A stretch of 64,000 nt of DNA from Felis catus (taxonomy: Eukaryota), in contig NC_058372.1 of assembly GCF_018350175.1 (NCBI RefSeq), forward strand, positions 151,528,001 through 151,592,000, written 5' to 3'. The position numbers and the translations under genes were made by a program. Below, one piece after another: positions 59,858 through 64,000 of this stretch. The notes below the pieces were generated by a model. The model did no database searches and was not told where the DNA came from. It worked only from the letters and a program-made list of their open reading frames with translations. Position 1 is the stretch's first letter, and every line of letters begins with the position of its first letter.

Positions 59858-62639
59858 TGCGGTTGTCAGCTCAAGGGCTCAGTCGTTGGGGTTTGGCAGG
59901 CGGTGGGAGCACCTGGCATCAGGTGCCGTGGGAAGACAGAGACCTTGCTCCACCAAGCAGCCGGAGGCCGTGCCAACACCCGGTCCCTGGATCTTGGGGA
60001 CACGGGGTCATTTCGGTCGCCTGAACCCGGACCTCAGCCCGCCTGGAGACACAACCATCGGGGGCAGGGTCTCAGGGATCCTGGCCCGGCAGAGTCCGCC
60101 GGACACGGGATGAATGCAGCACAGCTCTCGGGGTCTGCGTCAGAAAAGCCCCTGGGCACGTGAAGAGGGACAGAGTCGCCCGAGGTTTGACGCAAAGTCC
60201 TGTGGGCACGCTCTTCGTGGCGATGCCCCTTCCTCCTGGCACAGGAACCAGCCTGTCCACTTGCTCTTTCACTGCATTTTACTCCTCTCCTTGATTGAGG
60301 CCCGACGTCCAGCCACGGAGCTCAGTCTAGCGTGTGTCCAGCGTGTGTCCAGGCTGCATTCAGGCGAGAGAACGGCGGTCAGATCGCTCTCGACCGGTCA
60401 GCTGCTTTCCGGCACCTCTGCTGAGTAGCAGGTCCTTGGGGATCAAGCACGGGGATCACCGCTGCTGCCCCCGCAGAGCCTGCCGGTTGCACGACGTCCT
60501 CAGCAGGGAGACAAGTGTCTGACCCACATCCCGTGACCCCCAGCGCGGGTGGAGACTTGGGTGTGGTTTCCGTCACCCGTGTGCGTTTGCCTCTCACCCC
60601 CCAGACGAGCGGGACACCCGCCCTACCTTCTCTGCTGAGGGTTATGCTCCGCCTGCCTCACCATGGCCCCGGGACGGCCACTCAGCTGCGCGCGAAAACA
60701 GACATCCCAAGACATCCCCAGAGGCTTTGATGACCGCAATAGTAGGTTTCCCGTGATTTTTCTACTGGAATCACCTTCCCGTGGAGCCGTCCTAAGTTCC
60801 AGACGCGAAAACACCCAGGTGCGCCACAGCGTTTGGAAAGCCTGCACTACGTGCGTGGGGGAGAACGCTCTTGTAGACAGAGGAGGGGGGCACTGAGGTG
60901 GGCTGACTTTAGCCGGGGAGCTCCGCCAGTTTGCTCACCTGTCACAGGTGGCGGTGTCCTCACCACACGTGTGGGGAGTGGGCCAGACAACTCGTCGCCT
61001 GGCCGCTGACAGAGTCCACGGCAGCCCGGTGACGGGACCACTGTGTGTCGTCACCCCCTAGCGGGAAGTCGGGCCTGGGGCGCAGGGTCTGTCCTGCTGC
61101 CCCAGGGAGAGGGTGTCAAAGCCCGAGCGCCTATGTTAGGGCCACATGGTTAACCTGTGCACCTCCCACCTGCCACGAATAACTAACTAGTTAATGGGAG
61201 AGCAGGCTTCCCGCCCTTTTGCAGACAAGCGGTGTCACGGGGAAAAGTCTGAGGAAAAAGAGCCTGGCTGGCTGCCTCACCTCAGCCCGAGGACACACAG
61301 CCCCCGAAGTCAGGGCCCGACAGCCCAGCAGGCTGGGGACTGCACGCAGTGTGTACCATCGTCACCGTCTCGAGTCACAGTATCTGTCCTTCTGACTTAC
61401 CAAGTCACCGTCCAGCCAGCTGACTCAGCCCTTCCTTAGAGTTCTGACCCAAAATCACACGTGTGATCACAAGTGCAGCAGTCTGTCCTCTGTGGGAGCC
61501 TCTGTCTCCCCGCCCCAGGACCGTCCAGCCTCCTCCACGGGCCCGGGCCCTCTCTCGGGTCCGGCGTCTCCCCACCCATCGGGCACAGCGGGGAGCAAGC
61601 AGGCGTGGGATGCAAGTCACAGACAGAGCATGAGAAACCCTGGTGTCCTTCAAAACACCGTTCGTTCCCAGCCCGCGGAGAGCACTGTTTTGTGCGAGAA
61701 AACAGAGGAGCTTCAGGACCCCAGCAGGAAGGGTTGTGCTGTCCCCGCTAGTCATGTGGCCGGCCGTCTGGAGCGCAGGTCACGGAGGGCAGCTGGCAGG
61801 CACCACCGTGGGCCCGGCCTCCTCGACACCGAAGGGTCACGGCCGTGCCCACCTCACAGGGCTGCACCGAGATCTAGTCACTGTTGGTGTGGAACCTGGC
61901 GGACAGAACGTGCCAGCGAAGGCCCCGTGTTTGGTGCCAGCCTGGGGAAGGGCCACCCAGATACACGGCCAGCTGTGCCGTGCAGGAACTACAAAGTCCT
62001 TTGATTCATCAGCCACTTCGCGTCGTCTGTGGATTTTCTGTTGTCGACGGGGGAATACTTTGTCCCCATATTTAGTCTGTGGTGCCAAAAGAAATACCAG
62101 CTTCACAAAACACCTAATTCCACGGCAATGTGGGCTATCGAGTCAGAACGGGAGACGGGGACACATCCACGCAGGTCAGGTCGCCCTGAGTAGTGACTTC
62201 ACAAGCAGTCCCCTCTCCCCCAAGAACACGAGCACAATACGTTCACTTCACACAGAGGAGACCTTACTGCGGGAGCCGCTAGAACGGATCGAGCTCCCTA
62301 GTGCAGAAAGCTCATCGCGAGATCTCTCGTAAATCAGTCGGCTTCCCGTTCTTTTTAAAAAGGACCAAGTCAGGAACGCACAGAAGCGCCTACGCTTTCA
62401 CATAGGACCGGGCTCCGTCCTGCCTCCGCTCCCAGGCCTGCGCGGCACGGGACAGGGCCGGGCGTCGGCCGCTCTGCTGGCCGCCCGTCTTGCTGGGCTT
62501 TGTGCGGGACCCAGCAGCTCCAGGCGCCCGGCATCTGTGAACGGCCCCCTGCACCTCCTGCGGGCGCTCGCTGTGGTTTAAGGGTTACGCGACTGGCCGG
62601 AAATGCTGAGCCCCGAACGTCAAAATCCTGCCAGAGCAA

Positions 62640-63640
62640 TTCAACTGATTTCCAGCCAAGCCGGTCAAACCTTCTCTAAATCTCACTCAATCTGGTCCAG
62701 ACTGGACCCCGTTGTTATTAAATCTCCGCTTTCACGAGAGTCTCAGGGGAGATTTTGAAATCTGTGAAAGAAGTAACGTCACGGGACTGTATTTGAAGTG
62801 ATGACAACGCCATTAAAATATTTAATCAGTCAATAAAACATTCAGGAAAAGCTTATGGCCACAGAAACACGTGTTTGGAAGAGATCAGATCCCACTGGAC
62901 GCAGCAGCTTCAGAACCGGGAGCTACGCCCTTGCCGATCCCTTGTTGATCCTTTCTTTCCTTTTCCTTTTAAGCAACTGCCAATTAGATGGATTTAGAAT
63001 TCAACCGAGGGGCCCATTTGAGTTTGAAGAGTAACAGATTGAAAGCAGAAATTCCTCCCTGCTGGGCCCTGATCAGCTATCGATTAGGGGAGGGTGGCCA
63101 ACCTAAACCATCAATGCCGAGTAATAGGCCTTCTGCCCACGGGACTGAGCGGAGCACATTTGTGAGAGGAGAAGTAAAGCCGGCCTTTTGTGGAGAAGCA
63201 AAGACCCGGCCTCTCTTGAGGAAAAGAGATGTTAATTGAAAAATTCCTCAAATAGGTGAGGCTCTGAAGCTGCTTTACATAAAAGGTGTGAAATCACAAT
63301 CAGAGGGCAGGAAAGAAGTCGGGTGGGAGTTCTCTCCCTAATGGTGCTGATTAGCACCCCATTCACGGGCCTGGCGATGGGAACGAGCCCTTTCAGCAGC
63401 CGGGACCAATGGCCCGCGCGCCTGGGGAAGTCTGAATTAATTGGCCCCTGGACAGGGAAAATTAAAACAAAGAAGCGGCCGATGCAGAGAAACGAAACCT
63501 GACGACTCCCGTGCATAATCCGCACAAGGTACATGGTCATCTTCTGTTTCGCACGCCAGCGACTGTAGAAAATTGCTCGTGCTGCCATCACTAAAGTTTC
63601 TCAGATCGTCCCTAAAATCACTGGACAGTGATTTAATCTC
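62640..63640. promoter_or_regulatory. Candidate developmental enhancer / conserved non-coding element
   Basis: Non-repeat, relatively AT-rich block with multiple TAATTG/CAATTA, ATCGAT, ATCAAT, AACAAAG and TTTACATAAAA motifs and a near-palindrome GGTGCTGATTAGCACC. Confidence 0.45.
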
Positions 63641-64000
63641 TCTCAGCGCATCTCCGCCCACACTGGCCCGGATAAGAGGTGCACCGAGTGTAGACAAAAC
63701 TGAGCAACCCACCAGCCAGGGCGGGGCCGGGGAGCACAGGGGGACACAGGGGAAGCCGTCCGGGGGCAAGGCCACGGTCAGAGACCCTGCACCCCCGTCC
63801 TGGAGCCCTGACCCTTCCTGCGGCCCCCGCGGCCTGGGGCACAGACAGGGCGCAGACTTGCTGCCTTCCCTTCCTCTCTCTGACCGCTACGCTAGCCAAT
63901 CACTGGCCGGGGCACTGCAGTCCTTTCGCCCACAGAGGCTGAGGTGCCTGGAGTCCGTGGGCACTGGTGCCGGCTGGCGGGACAGCCCCAGGCACCCAGC

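Noticed and set aside
1-64000. Assignment to a named gene or locus
   Set aside because: I recognised no exon or diagnostic sequence, so any gene symbol would be a guess.

Overview
This is mammalian genomic DNA from a carnivore, almost certainly a felid, judged from the Felidae-type CanSINE (SINEC_Fc) and carnivore L1 sequences. I find no credible host protein-coding gene, rRNA, tRNA or CRISPR array. The ORF track reflects GC-rich chance ORFs, N-runs, L1 ORF2 remnants and a stop-free minisatellite. GC/CpG-rich unique flanks (about 1-13 kb, 22.5-26.5 kb and 43.4-64 kb) carry GC-shifted ancient L2, MIR, MLT and Tigger relics. They surround an AT-rich, L1-dense core (about 28-43 kb) with multi-level nested insertions. 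The most notable structures are: a twin-primed (5'-inverted) L1 whose inversion junction is visible; a nest of L1 and SINE insertions with resolvable target-site duplications (TSDs); an L1 tail converted into a 55-bp palindrome; a strongly AT-to-GC-converted L1 3' end; a minisatellite of about 20 units in which most units carry a 5'-splice-site 9-mer and an E-box; and AT-rich, homeodomain-motif-rich blocks that resemble conserved enhancers. Repeat family names come from recalled consensus sequences, not a database search. The locus identity cannot be determined from the sequence alone, and I found no firm evidence for a novel gene system.
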